Source: Ptychomitrium polyphyllum
Lineage: Eukaryota
NCBI GenBank assembly: GCA_973851085.1
Contig: OZ316775.1
Span: 16,244,001 to 16,308,000, forward strand
Direction of reading: 5' to 3'
DNA length: 64,000 nucleotides
Shown here: positions 25,193-37,727 of the stretch, one piece after another
Position numbering within the stretch: the stretch's first letter is position 1
Layout of the letters: each line of letters starts with the position of its first letter
Program-made: the position numbers and the translations under genes
Notes under the pieces: model-generated
Told to the model about the DNA's origin: nothing
Databases searched by the model: none
The model's input: the letters and a program-made list of their open reading frames with translations, nothing else

Positions 25193-27045
25193 TGGGCTCC
25201 TCTAGTCGGCGCTTGACATCTGTCCCAAATAATGGTAAGTCGCATATATCAGGAATGGTGTTTGGAGATCGGAAGATTAATGTGAGCGTAGAAATGAGGT
25301 AGATACAGTTGCTGAAATTCATAACATGGTTTTACATCCTATTAAAAAAAGTTCATACCTATTTTATTCTCGATCGTGCTCGCTCAGCCACACAACGGCT
25401 GGCTAGAAAATACCGTATTATCGAGGTTGTTGTTGAAGCTATCACCGCCTCTGCTAACAACTGTGATTATTGCAGGTGCAGATTGGTACAGACTTAAGTA
25501 TGTATAACCGACTCAACAATGACAGCAGCTCGCGTTCAGGTCTTGATAGGGAATTTGTGACAGGTTTGTCCGTCAATCGACTCCATCAATTTGGCTTGAT
25601 ATCGATAAACCTAGCTTTTCCTGTACTTGTATACCCATGTAATCAGTTGCATTACAATCAAGAGATTAGAATGCCAACAACGGGTTTAATGCAAAAGTCT
25701 CTGAGGAGGCTACTGTTTCCCAAAAACGACCGAATTGCGAGATATATTCCTAATATTGGCTCTCAAGCACAAAGCCTCGATCAGATTCCTGGATTACTTG
25801 TATTTCTGTAAGTATTGCCTACACAAGAATCTGTGATCTAGGATATCCCATAGCAAGTTTGCTGTCAATACATCACAGGCTCATAACAACCGATGTTCGC
25901 TTCTGAGTTCATTTGAGTAACAGAGTTCATAGCAAGACACTTTAAACAGTAAAACATATGAACTGTAATGCCTGTGTACGTTCTTGTGTGCCTGTTCTTA
26001 TCAGCATGTCTCTGTTCTTTATCTATTGGAATGTGGTAGTTTTACTAGACTTTCCGTTGGTCTGGTGATTGATATCTTCTCGTACACCACGAAATTGACA
26101 TGGTGGATACACCTCGAGTCGGACGGTACTAGATAACTTCTGTGCCAATCTTTGGGGAATCCTTGGTAATTGTTCGATTCCCACAGCATATCTAGTGGAG
26201 GTATAAAACTTGTCCTCTTGAATTGATGTTATGTGAAGAATTCTACCTACCTGTACAGCTAGTGTCCAAATTTTGCAATCTTGAGTACTGTAAAGACAAG
26301 TACTCAATGGCTTGCATAATGTATGTACTTCTGTCTGCTGGTAAAAAGTGCTGGAAGCCGTAATTCTTATTTCTCAAATACGTTCATGTTAAGCTCCATC
26401 CTTTTGTATCCAACTTGATTTCCTGATGATGCCAATTCTGTCAAATTCACTAGTATGCTGAAATACCTCAACTTTCATCTCTTTGAGCTCCCAGAATCTT
26501 GTTCAAATGCAGGAACTAGTTGGCAACTTGTAGTAATATTTTGGTAACACAGTCAAATGTGCTTAAGTATAGTTCCACAACAACTGTTTCCACTTCCTTT
26601 AACGTAATGGTATTATCTGAGGGAATAATTCGCTGGATTTGGAAATACAAGGTCGGTGAAATTTTCAAAACATGCTTCAAAGTCTAATTCCAGCACCTCA
26701 GCGGGGCTGTAATTATATATAAATGATGATAGTTATGCATCATGCCTATTGTTGAATAAGAAGTTGCATAGGAGTATGTCTGTAGCTACAGTGTAGCACA
26801 CTGTTCGAGGCAGTACTCTGAAATGAAACATGTTCTAGTGAAAACTTGACCTGGAAGCCGGGACCTGAGACTTGGGGAACTCAGACGCTGTCAGCAGATG
26901 TGAAGGCCTGTTTACAGTTGAGAGCTTGAACCCCAACCCAAAGAGACAAGTGTTACTTCCCTTAAAGGATGAGCATGGTAAGTAGGGTACCTTTTACCAA
27001 ACAAGGGAATTTTAAGTGGGTGTGATTCAAACTTTAGGTGCAAAT

Positions 27046-27360
27046 CTAAATATGAGGGCTATGACCCTTCGTGAAGAAGATATGTCTTGCCATTGATTAA
27101 AAAAGATTTGTGCTTAAATTGGAATTCATAAAAAAGATTTATGCTTATATTGGAGCTCACAAAAAAGATTTGTGCTTAAAAAACACCCTATGAGCTCCAA
27201 TTTTACAATTGCTTACAAGAATGAGAAAAATTGTACATATAAACTCCACTTAAGAGATTGGGGTGGTGGCGACATGACAGCATTTCCACAAGAATGACTT
27301 CACCACAAAGTCATTCTAGTGGAAGTGGTACTTTTGGGCACAAAGGTCAGCCCTATTTGA
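27046..27360. repeat. Small composite repeat: three ~31-bp tandem units, a 20-bp-stem hairpin and loose terminal inverted repeats (possible MITE or other non-autonomous TE relic)
   Basis: AAAAAGATTTGTGCTTAAATTGGA.. x3 at ~27099-27180; hairpin at 27281-27327; AAATA..GGGCT..GACC.TT.GTG is loosely mirrored at ~27046 and ~27338-27360. Confidence 0.4.
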
Positions 27361-28779
27361 ACTGTACCCATTTATGAAACAATCATTGTAGCTTTGAACC
27401 TGGACAGCAATCCACGTGGAATGACCCCAGAGTGCCAAATATGCCTTATGATTCCAGCAAGATCAACCAGCACATCCACTTTTCAGTTTCTTTGTGGAAG
27501 TCAAATCACAGAAACAAACAATGCAAGGTTGCCAGAAGCTCATGCAAACAGCATTGCCCAAGCCAAGAACAAGCATAAAATTAGGACATAGCCTCAAAAG
27601 TCTAACTTAGGAAGGGATTCTAGTCCATACCCACACAACCTACACACCAAAACGTGTACAAAGTACATTGGTTACTTTACTACATGTTGGAACCTGCTGG
27701 CATCACCCAGAAAGTTCATGATCTCCAGTTACAACATGGAATTTTCTTTGCACTCTGCACAGTGCAACAACAGGCTTTGTGACTACCCTATGTCCTATAT
27801 AGCAGGTCACAATGCAGTAGGGTTTAGTGAGGCATAAAATTGACAAAATTTTCTCTATGCTAGTGTTGCTTTCCCTTGCTTATGTTGGTGTACATGATAG
27901 GATACTCATTCATACCCGTACCTTAGAAACAATAGGTGATTCACAACTTGCACAACAATTATATTTTTATATATCAGGTGTCAAATGGATGGTACATGAT
28001 AGTGAGAATGCATGAAGAAATGCTCAGAATGGTGATTTGATGCACACACTTGTTCAACTTTTATTTGAACAAAGTTTATCAATGGAAATGTACCTTTATA
28101 GTTTGAATGATGATATGTTTATTCCCTTGGAAAAGAGGGTTAAGACGGATCCCGCCCATGTTTTTATTCACGAATTCCAATTCACCTTCTTGAATACAAC
28201 AAAACCTTAATAAAAGTAGTAAAAGAGAAAAAAAAACAATGACTCTGAAGGGCTCAATGTGAATGAATACACCCTAATCCTACATGACAAAAGGCAGGAA
28301 TGTAGAGGTAGGCCCCCCTTGACAAGCAGTAGACCCTTCAGCTAGCATATCCGTAGTCAAAAAATGCAAAAAAAAAAAAACCCAGAGAAATTTGCAAAAT
28401 GCACCAAATATTCTAATCAATGAAAGTCAGGTACAAACATAAATGCGTATGTGTGTAGATGTGTTCGTCCTCCCCCCTCTGATACTCACATGCAATTATC
28501 ACTCCGGTTCACAATGCTCTCATGAGTGAGTGTAGGGCCCTGTGATTACATATACGGTGTGGTGTACATTGGCAGTATAGTGTATGTTAGCAGTGACGAG
28601 ATGAATGAAGAGCCTGGTGGAGGGCCCTGGCGAAGGCAGAAACTCACACCAGAGTCCTTCTAAATTGAGGAACCAGCGATGAGCAACCATGAAGAGGCAA
28701 TGATGGGAAAAAGACAGAATCAGCAAAGCTATAACTCAGAGCAGCAGCTCATCTGCAAGAGTTGTGTCATCACGCTGTC

Positions 28780-30597
28780 AAATCTCTCTTTCTCTCCCTC
28801 TCTCTATCTCTCTCTGTGTGTCTAACTAGTTTCTGTCTTTGCGTGCTCCCACGACGTTGCACTACTGCAGTATGATATCATAGTAAGACCATCGTGCAGT
28901 TACGAGAAATCTATAGGAAAAAGCTGGGAGTGAGAGTGAGAGCTCAATGATTTGCACTGTTCCATCCTTTGAACACCAATTCATAGAACTAAGCCTTGCT
29001 TTGCTGCCCAGTTGCTACCTTCTGCTTTCAAGGTTCAGAGGCCAAGGCGCAAGCTTTCATGCAGGTAGGTTGCCCTTCCCTGGTTTGCTCCGCCTCGTAA
29101 AGGTGCTGCCTTGAGGTGCCACCAGTACTGACAAGCTGCATCTGCGGCGTGCAGCGTACTTCCCACATGTTGTGTGGATTTCAAGTTTTCAAACTGGCGC
29201 TTTTGTTGCTACCACACGTAAAATCTTGGAGTTTGAGCCTGTTGCGTGTCTAAAGTTTGGACTCTGGTTTTCTTGAGTGTTGGTTGCGAGTTGAGTGAGT
29301 CTTCGATCATTAGGACGTGGTTTTGTTTGTCAATGGTATGTGGTTTTTGTTTTGGTTTGGTGGTTTTTCCTGTTTTGAGACATGTTGAAGTTTGCGGAGT
29401 CCATGGGTTTTGAGTGATCGGGAGTGATCGGGAGTGTCTTGGGACGGTGGTAGGATTTGGGGTTTAGGTGACTAGGGGAGTGGAGAAGGTGTGTGAGCAG
29501 AGGTGGTATTGAAATCATTTGGGTCAAAGACGCGTGCCATTTGGGTACCATCCGGAGTAGGTTGTTGGTTGTGCTGTTTTAAAGCTACTCACTCGATTAC
29601 CCCGGTTTCAGCGAGTGTCAGGAGTTAGGCTCTCACTCTTTTTCGCTCTCATTTCTTGGCCATGGTAGAAGGGGTGTGTGCACTGTGCACGAGAATTCGA
29701 AGCCTCAACCTGCATCCACGTTTGATGCGTAGATCAACCCGAGTGTGTTGATGTCTCACTTCAATTTGCAATTTGTATTCGCAGATTGGCAGGGACATTG
29801 CCTGATAATAGAACAGTAGGACCCTGATTGAGGTTTTGAAAAACTATTGCTACATGAGGGTGTTCCATCGACCTCAGGTTTCTGCCAGCAGATCGTTGCC
29901 TTTGTGAGCGTCATGAAAAAGTTCCTACAACGAAGCTTGCTCGGGGATTTGCCCTAGCGGGTTATTGTAAAGGTGAGTCTGATTGTACGTCATATTTATA
30001 AGATTTTAACAATCCCTTGCATGCCATGTGTAGCAGAAAGGGGCAGATTTATCATCATGCAATGGTAGAAAGGAAAGACGAAAAGTTCTTGGATAAGCTC
30101 TTGCCTGTTTAGATGGGATGCCACGAGTTTCGGGCAGTGTTTTGAGACCTAGAGCATATTAATACAATGTACCTCGTCCCGTCATTGAGCCAGTTTTGCT
30201 ATGCAATCAGGTGTCCAGGCAGCAATGGCTTTCTAATTTCACTTACGGAAGAGCGATGGCTTAATTACCAGTTCGGTCCTTACAGGTCAAGCTAGTAGCA
30301 TTTCAATTATGAAAAACTCATGGTTTAGATCACCTAAAAGATTTCGTGCAGATAGTACTCTATCACTACCCTCTTAACTCTGAGTCATCTCTACTTTCTG
30401 TGGCGTTGTCGTCTCCTCCTATTTCAAGATGTGTATTTCCGAGTATATTAGCAGTTATAGCGTGCTTCGGAGTTTCACTAATTTCATTGTGCAATATGTG
30501 TTCTATCTTTGCCCCTTTTGAAGCATTGCGTAATTTGTATCCAGCTGATAACATCTTAAAATTTGCTTTTCGCAGTTCTTATAACGTCGAGGATAAC
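28780..30597 (+). promoter_or_regulatory. Long spliced 5' leader of the nucleotide-sugar transporter: CT-rich start, introns 29065-29784 and 29973-30575, several uORFs
   Basis: (CT)n tract ~28783-28815; donors CAG|GTAGGT and AAG|GTGAGT; acceptors TTCGCAG at 29784 and TTTTCGCAG at 30575. Confidence 0.55.
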
Positions 30598-32688
30598 ATG
30601 GAGAAAGGAAACTCTCTGCCAGTTAGTCTCACTCAACTCCGAGGAGCTGTGGCAATTCTACAATGGTGGGGTTTCAACGTGCTAGTCATCATAATGAACA
30701 AGTGGATTTTCCAGGTTAGTAATTTATCATACCTGTGCCTTAATCAGATGTTGGTGCTATTTTTTAATAAATCACGAGATTTCATCGTAGATTTCTCAAA
30801 TTTAAAGCTGAACACCAAAAGGATAACCATATCTTAGATAAGGCGCACAGTCCCCTTCTAGTTGGGTGTACCCTAAGAACTGAATAATTGTGAAATTAGG
30901 TCTCAGCATTGCATTAACAGGCGCTTTTTTGCTTGTACATATTTGCATAAGTCGTTGCATACTTACTTGCATGGTTAACTAACAAGGATTCGGTGATTAA
31001 TTGGATCAGAAACTCGACTTCAAGTTTCCACTTACTGTTTCCACCGTGCACTTCATATGTTCCACAATTGGCGCCTACATAGCAATCAAGGTGCTGAAAA
31101 TGAAGCCACTTATTGAAGTCAATCCACAGGATCGTTTAAAGCGAATTCTCCCAATGTCATTTGTCTTTTGTGTCAACATCGTCCTTGGAAATGTCAGCCT
31201 GCGTTATATTCCAGTTTCCTTCATGCAAACCATCAAGTCCTTTACACCTGCAACCACAGGTAAACCAAACTGTTCATGCTCCTCTGTACTTTCGAACTGT
31301 TGAACTCTCTTCTATTTTGCGGCATGAAATCATTGTCTATATAATGACTTTTCCAGTAAAGTTGATTTGAAAGTTAATTTAAAAGTGACTTTTAATGCAG
31401 AAGACTTCGAGTTCATATGTTTAATGCTAGTGTTTGGATATTTGGTGGAAGATGTTAAGATCTTATGATACTCAAGGAAATGTCGAGGTGTATAGGGTTT
31501 TCAAGTTCTAACGGGTGACTGGTATTTGGGATCTGCAGTGGTGTTGCAGTGGCTGGTATGGAAAAAATCATTTGATCGCCGTGTTTGGCTGTCACTGATC
31601 CCCATAGTTGGTGGAATTGTGCTAACCTCTGTTACCGAGCTCAGCTTCAATATGGCAGGCTTTTTAGCAGCTTTCTTTGGCTGTGTCGTGACTTCAACGA
31701 AGACTATCTTGGCAGAATCTTTGCTTCACGGTTACAATTTTGACAGGTACTTATCCTGAACACCTTCAAGGTTTCATTAAAAAAAACATCAGTAGAAAAG
31801 AACTAGATTCTGTCACATAGGCATCAGTTCCCTTGCTCCTTCAGAATCCAGTGGAGGGAGGTGCGTTTAGCGTGTCTTCTGTGCTGTGTTAATTTAAATC
31901 ACTGATTTGGTCAATGATTGGTGTGCAGCATTAATACTGTATATTACATGGCGCCATATGCAACCATGATTCTTGCTCTTCCAGCTTTATTGTTAGAGGG
32001 CTGGGGCGTTGTCGCATGGTTTAATACACAATCATCGTTGTTTGTGCCCGTGCTCATTATATTCCTCTCTGGGGTGTCCGCTTTCTGTCTCAATTTTTCC
32101 ATCTTCTACGTCATTCATGCAACTACGGCTGTGACATTCAACGTGGCAGGAAACATGAAGGTAAGCCAGTTCTTGGAGACCCTTGTCCTGTTTTTCAAAC
32201 ATGCAGAACATGAACGGTTTTTTGCAGTTGTTTCTGATCATTTACAGTATCTTGTTGCAGTCATTTGTCAAATCGATACCCACCAGAGGTGTAATAACAT
32301 GTACCTGAAAACTTATGGCTTGTGTTTTGTCGTTCAACTCATTTAATTGCATGCTCTGTTGATTACGTCATTTGTTGGAACTTTCATATGGGATATACTG
32401 TTAGAAAGCTTCCAGTCGTTTCAATTCAAAACAATTTGACCCAATGATTATCTTGTGACTGGCGTGGTACAGGTCGCTGTAGCAATTGTCATTTCGTGGC
32501 TCATCTTCCAGAATCCAATCTCTTTCTCAAATGCCATTGGTTGCTCTGTCACTCTCATAGGCTGCACCTTCTATGGTTATGTGCGCCATCGCCTTTCTCA
32601 ACAGGCATCAATGAAGGCATCTAGTGATGCACTTGAGAGCGTACAGCTTCTTCCTTTGGTGAATGAAGAGAAAATTGATCGGGTTTAA
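30598..32688 (+). CDS. Nucleotide-sugar transporter of the UDP-galactose transporter 1/GONST5 clade (TPT/EamA family). Exons 30598-30714, 31010-31259, 31539-31746, 31929-32160, 32473-32688
   Basis: AILQWWGFNVLVIIMNKWIFQ|KLDFKFPLTVSTVHF...GNVSLRYIPVSFMQTIKSFTPATT|VVLQWLVWKK...TSTKTILAESLLHGYNFD|SINTVYYMAP...VTFNVAGNMK|VAVAIVISW closely matches the recalled Arabidopsis UDP-GalT1/GONST5 sequence. Confidence 0.94.
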
Positions 32689-33484
32689 TGGTATTCCTGA
32701 AGTTAGAGCATTCTCCCTCACTTTCTCTACTTAAATCCTTCTACTGCGCCATCGCATAGCATCATTTGGATTAAGCTCATACTAGTGCTCCAACTACTAT
32801 GACTTGAGAACAATGTTCCAGGACACCTGTTGTGTGGCTGGTTACCTCCGAGAGAGCAAGTCATAATGGAGTTGACTAGAATAATGTCCTAAACGGGGTA
32901 CCCGCCAGTCAAGGGTTCTAGAGTGGGCCTTCTCATGTGTGGTGCTAAGAACTATTATTCTTATCGAGAGCAGTTGTGAGCATTCGCTTTCTGCTCTTGG
33001 TGAATTCAATTTTGTGATTTAATTAGCAATTTTTCATGTAAATAGTCGCATGTACAGAATTGTGGAAATTGAAATGGTCATTGAAGTTTCTGGTACACAT
33101 AGTATACTCTTCCAAGGAAGTGTCTATTTGAATTCTTTGGTATCAGTATACAGCCTCAACTAGTGATGTTCAATTTATGAACGCGTATTCAATCATGTCT
33201 CGGATACTGTGTACTATCAATGAATGTTGGATGCAAACACTACTTTGCCACCGCATCCAGCCTTCAAATCATCTTTTCCTCAACTCTATTCTACGGATTT
33301 AACATTGATGTTTAACTTGTATCTATTGCTAGTACTTTGAACTGAAGGAGATCATTGGTATCCTTCTATTGAAATACTACAATGGCAGTGCTAGCCGCTC
33401 CTCATTTCTGTAAATTAAAATCAAATTACCTCACAGTTTCAATAGGAACTACTCTCTAACTCCTGCTTTTCAAGCACTCCAAGT

Positions 33485-35700
33485 CTACATCGTAACGGCA
33501 ATCGCTGAGCTACCCAGAGCCCTTGCTTCTTTCCATCCCCTAAGGAGACTACTAATTTCTTCTAGTTTATGCATCCTCTTCCTCTTACTATCTCTTACAA
33601 TCCGAAAAACAAGTGAAATCAGAACAAAAAGTATTGTCCTTCCGGGATGGTCTTCTTCTGAGGTTCCTACCAACAGCTGTTCTGCTAGCTACCATAGGTT
33701 TGCTGCTGTACTACTCTAATTTATACTACTCTGCTTATTCTCTGATACAAATGATGGCACTAAGATGTAATTAAAAACTTTGAAATGAAGCCCATCTTAG
33801 ACTTTAATTAAATGATGATCAAAGCATCTCGACACACAGTTGGAATGTATCGTCGTTTCCCAACGAGCTCAATGTTGGTCTTGAATTTATCATTGCAAGT
33901 TTCCAATGCTTCTTTCAACTCCCTTGCCAAAAGCACAAGTGTACACTAAGCGGCATAATGCTACATTAATGCGTCTAAATGTATTAAAATCCTGTAGTGT
34001 TAAATGGTAACATGTTCGACAACTTTGGCATGTTACCTTCTTTTCTCATAACTGTTTCATGGCTCTCAACTCTCTGTCTACAACTTCTATCATTATTAAT
34101 GTCCCCATACTCTTCCGTCGGACCCTCCACGCCTTCCAACTCCTGTATGTTTTATGCCATGAGAGCGTTCAGATGTAAATAGACGCGGTCCAAGATGCTG
34201 ATAAAGAAGCGGATGAATTTTCATGCTCTACGCTATGAGTTATCAAACAAAGGCAGGAACAAATCTGCACGTTGCGCATAAAAACAACATCTTTCTGCAT
34301 AGAAGAAGGTGAGGGGTACAATCTTAGTTATCGATCTGATTTTACGCTCCAAACATACAGAACACTACATATCATATTGGCAATGCTGCTTACTTTCTGC
34401 GATTGATCAAGACTTCTAGCCTCATTTTCCATGCGATTGAGTGGTGCTTGCACTTTCTCTCGCACCTGTACCTTCCGCTTCACAATTTCTTGCTCCTTGG
34501 CGCGCACTATTCTAAACGAGTTGTCATCCGTTAGTGCAATTTCAAGATAGATTTAACAATTTGAATGCTGAGTCCAACTCACTCTGACATCCCACAAGAA
34601 TAGAAATGCGGTCTCTAGTTATGCATCGGAGGTCATCGGATGCAGCTTCAGCATATGTCACTTTGATGACAAATCTGTAAATCTGATAATCAGCAAGAAG
34701 AACCTAGATTTCACGAAGTAGATAGCTTGCTCGTTTGCATTGAAGTAACTTACCTGTTTCCGCTGCATTGTTGGAATTCTGCTTAGCCAGATCGCCATTG
34801 CCAGTGCCTGTGCTCAAGTGGGGAGACATTGTATCAGAGATTGTGTTGCGTCGATCCTCCCATACCAGCTTCTGGGTTTCGGCAATCTTCTGCTTGCACT
34901 CACTCTCTTCAGTTTTCTTGTGCAGTCTCTCGCAAGCTGCGCTCTAGCGTCACCAGTGTATCCTCCGACATCATCGCCACAACTCGAGTGGTGGTAGAGA
35001 TTCCAGAGTGTCCCTGTGTGGCATGGAATATATTTCAGAAGCTGCAGCAAGACTCGGAAAAGCTTGGTGTTGGATATCAGTCTTGAAACAATACTCTCGG
35101 ATATCAGTGGAGGTACAGTAGGTATTGACGTGAGCATTCCTGCCAGTGCAGTCTCTGATGCAGAATGCAAGCTCCTTGTTGCAGCTTCTCGTATCAAGGA
35201 GAATCAGTTTCGCTCTTCAACAGAGAGAGGATACCCAAGTCTATTACGAGACTGTCGAGCTTTCCTGGTCGTTGCTCTGATTTAGCATATTATGTTCTTT
35301 TCCTTATGGTGAATGTGCTGAACAAGTGGTGGAACATCTTCCGAGCTGTGAACATCTTGCTTCGTATGAGCACTTTTTAGATACAATCATCACTAATCAG
35401 GGCACGTTTTGATGTGAATTAGTTTTTCTGAACAGCTGGGATGTGTAATCTCGCAGGCTTGGCCGTGCATGTCTTCTTGGTAAATCAATTCTTTTTAGGG
35501 TCCAGGGTTTTAAGATCTTAAGGATTCGCTCCACGCCTGGTCGTCGTATCAGCTTCTTCGTCGCTCTAAATCTTGAGCAACTTCTAAATTTCACGCTCCC
35601 GGAATTTCCATTGTTTGTCTAGTATGATCACTCCAAGCTCGCCAAAGCGCTAGAAATCAAGCAAGGAAGTATGTTGCCTGAACTTTTGGGGATTCGTTGC
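33485..35700 (-). pseudogene. Spliced pseudogene of the DUF662 / RAB6-interacting golgin (GORAB-like) coiled-coil family; 5' boundary approximate
   Basis: Fragments VRAKEQEIVKRKVQVREKVQAPLNRMENEARSL (to 34394), ELEGVEGP.../IEVVDRELRAMKQL*EKK (34142-34037; 106 nt, so frameshifted, with TGA at 34048-34046), RELKEALETCNDKFK (~33925-33850) and IVRDSKRKRMHKLEEIS (from 33601, acceptor reads GG not AG) follow the recalled family consensus FRAKEEEIE.KKMEVREKVQAQLGRVEEETKRL...ELE...KKID.VN.ELK.L...C.KKE.EYKEALEA.N.K...LV.ESE..RMKKLEELS. Confidence 0.8.
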
Positions 35701-37514
35701 CAAGAGCAGTTGCCGTTATTGTGAGGAATTATGTATTTCATTCATGTTGATAATCCATGTAGGCACTTGCAATCCAACTTGGTGCGCCATTTCAGATTGC
35801 AGACAGAAAGGTGCACTGGGATCTGAGGAATGATGTCCATATCATAGCTAGATGAAGACATGACGACCTCATCGAAGGAATTGAAGTCTGTAAGTTTGGA
35901 TAGTTTTATGTTTCTACTTAGACTACTTACTGACTGGCTAGAACACCTGCTTACACTAAATGTTTGGTTTTTTCTTTCTCCACCCAAGCAAAAATGATGA
36001 GCAGGCTGAAAGTGCAGACTGATTTGTTGCATGCTTGACTCGAGGTTTGATCAACTGATTAAGAATTCAACTGGATTACAGAGAATTCGTAACTCTGAAA
36101 TGCTTCAGATCTCAAGTTTCATTAGAGGTGACATGATGATTTAACAAATCGAATGACATGTCAGGAGCAGAAGTCCGTCAGTTACCATCTTTAAAGCTTG
36201 CAGGTCATGTTCAGTTACCAAAGTGTATCTCTACCATCAATTCTACATAAGGAAGAATTCAGCACACAACTATTAAACAAACACTAGCGTCTGAAACAGA
36301 CAACTACAGCTACATAATGTCAGTGTACCGTAACTACTGTATCATCTTTCATCACATCATACTGTATAACATTATGTGGCAATACCAATTTATGCAACAC
36401 TCGGCAACCGTTCTCTGATAGGTGGTTCGGGAACAAGTGATGCAGCCAAAACAGTCAAACCTGCTCATAAAATTGAAATTAAATACGTCAATTGCATACT
36501 TTATAAAGATGTCGCCCCAATCCTTCACAGCAAGATTTAATTTGAAACTACTCCCCTCTGCTAAATATGTACAAACATCAAAAAAGTTATCTTGTGAGGA
36601 TGCATGTACGGAAGTAAATTAATAAACATAACCCAAACGCCGTATGCGTTTGCCTTTTGCTAAACTTTTGGTAAGCCGAGCCGTGAATTCAAAGAGTCCC
36701 CGCATCCTCTCTGAACAGGAATTCTTCCATTAAACCCTTATTCTTCCTAATCAGGGGTGTCAGAAAAAACAAACCCCAAGGTTAATCCTCAATAATCCTC
36801 AAATATGGCGACGTCGAGTCTCTAGAAGCAAGCACGGACTCCAGAAACAAGCTGCGAACTGCGAACCGTGGCAAGCAAGTCTGCCCATGCTTGAGTTTGG
36901 GAGTGTCGACGGACAGATGAGCAATGTTAGAAATTGCCCTTAGTAAGTTGGTACAATGATTTATGTTGCTTTGCCGACAATTGAGTTGCCTTGTTTTGTA
37001 CTGTTTCAGCGTGATCGACATGGCGAGAAGAGGAATCTCCACGCGGCAGTCCAGAGCGACTCCGTCAATGAGGAAATTTTTAAGAGTACCTTCATTCGAT
37101 AAGAGTTCAAAAGAATGCGCTAAAGCTTGAAACCGTGAAACGAGACGGAACGGCTCCAAGGCAAAGCCTCATCAGGGAGTAGAAACCATGACCTAGTCAT
37201 AAACCCTATCACACCCAACGACTTGGTACAATCAACTCCACGATTCTCCGACTGCAACAGACGTCATATCGGGCCAAGAATTCATGTTCCTTCAACAGAG
37301 CGTGGTCGTTACTCTTATAGCGACACGAAGAAACATGGCACTGTTCTACTTTCTCTAGAAAGCTGAAACATCAGTTCTCCACACTTCATGTATCCTTTCA
37401 TAAGAAACTGGAAAACCACCACTCGCACATAATCACCTCATGATTGCAGCAAGTTGGACATGTGCGCACTCGTCTCTACACTACTGTGATGGACGGTAAT
37501 GGAATGTATGTATA

Positions 37515-37640
37515 TAGATGATGTTGGTTTTGAGTACAGCTACGGTTTTGGGCATACAGGCCTTCAATCAGTAAGTTTAGGGTTAAAGGATTTTGTGTTT
37601 TTTTCGGTATTTGTTGGGGACAATAGCCATTAGGGTTTAA
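37515..37640. promoter_or_regulatory. mL46 upstream element: 41-bp motif shared with the RPL12 promoter, plus telo-box-like TTAGGGTT sites
   Basis: TAGATGATGTTGGTTTTGAGTACAGCTACGGTTTTGGGCAT at 37515-37555; TTAGGGTT at ~37577 and ~37630. Confidence 0.55.
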
Positions 37641-37727
37641 AGAATCGCGATGCGCTCTGTTGCGGTGTTCCCTTGAGAGACGATCTCTTTGTTGTGGTTC
37701 TTGTGGGGGTAGGTTGATTAGGGCGCG

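Noticed and set aside
26020..26720. Possible further minus-strand gene relic
   Set aside because: There are some splice-like sites, but I could assemble no recognisable or coherent peptide.
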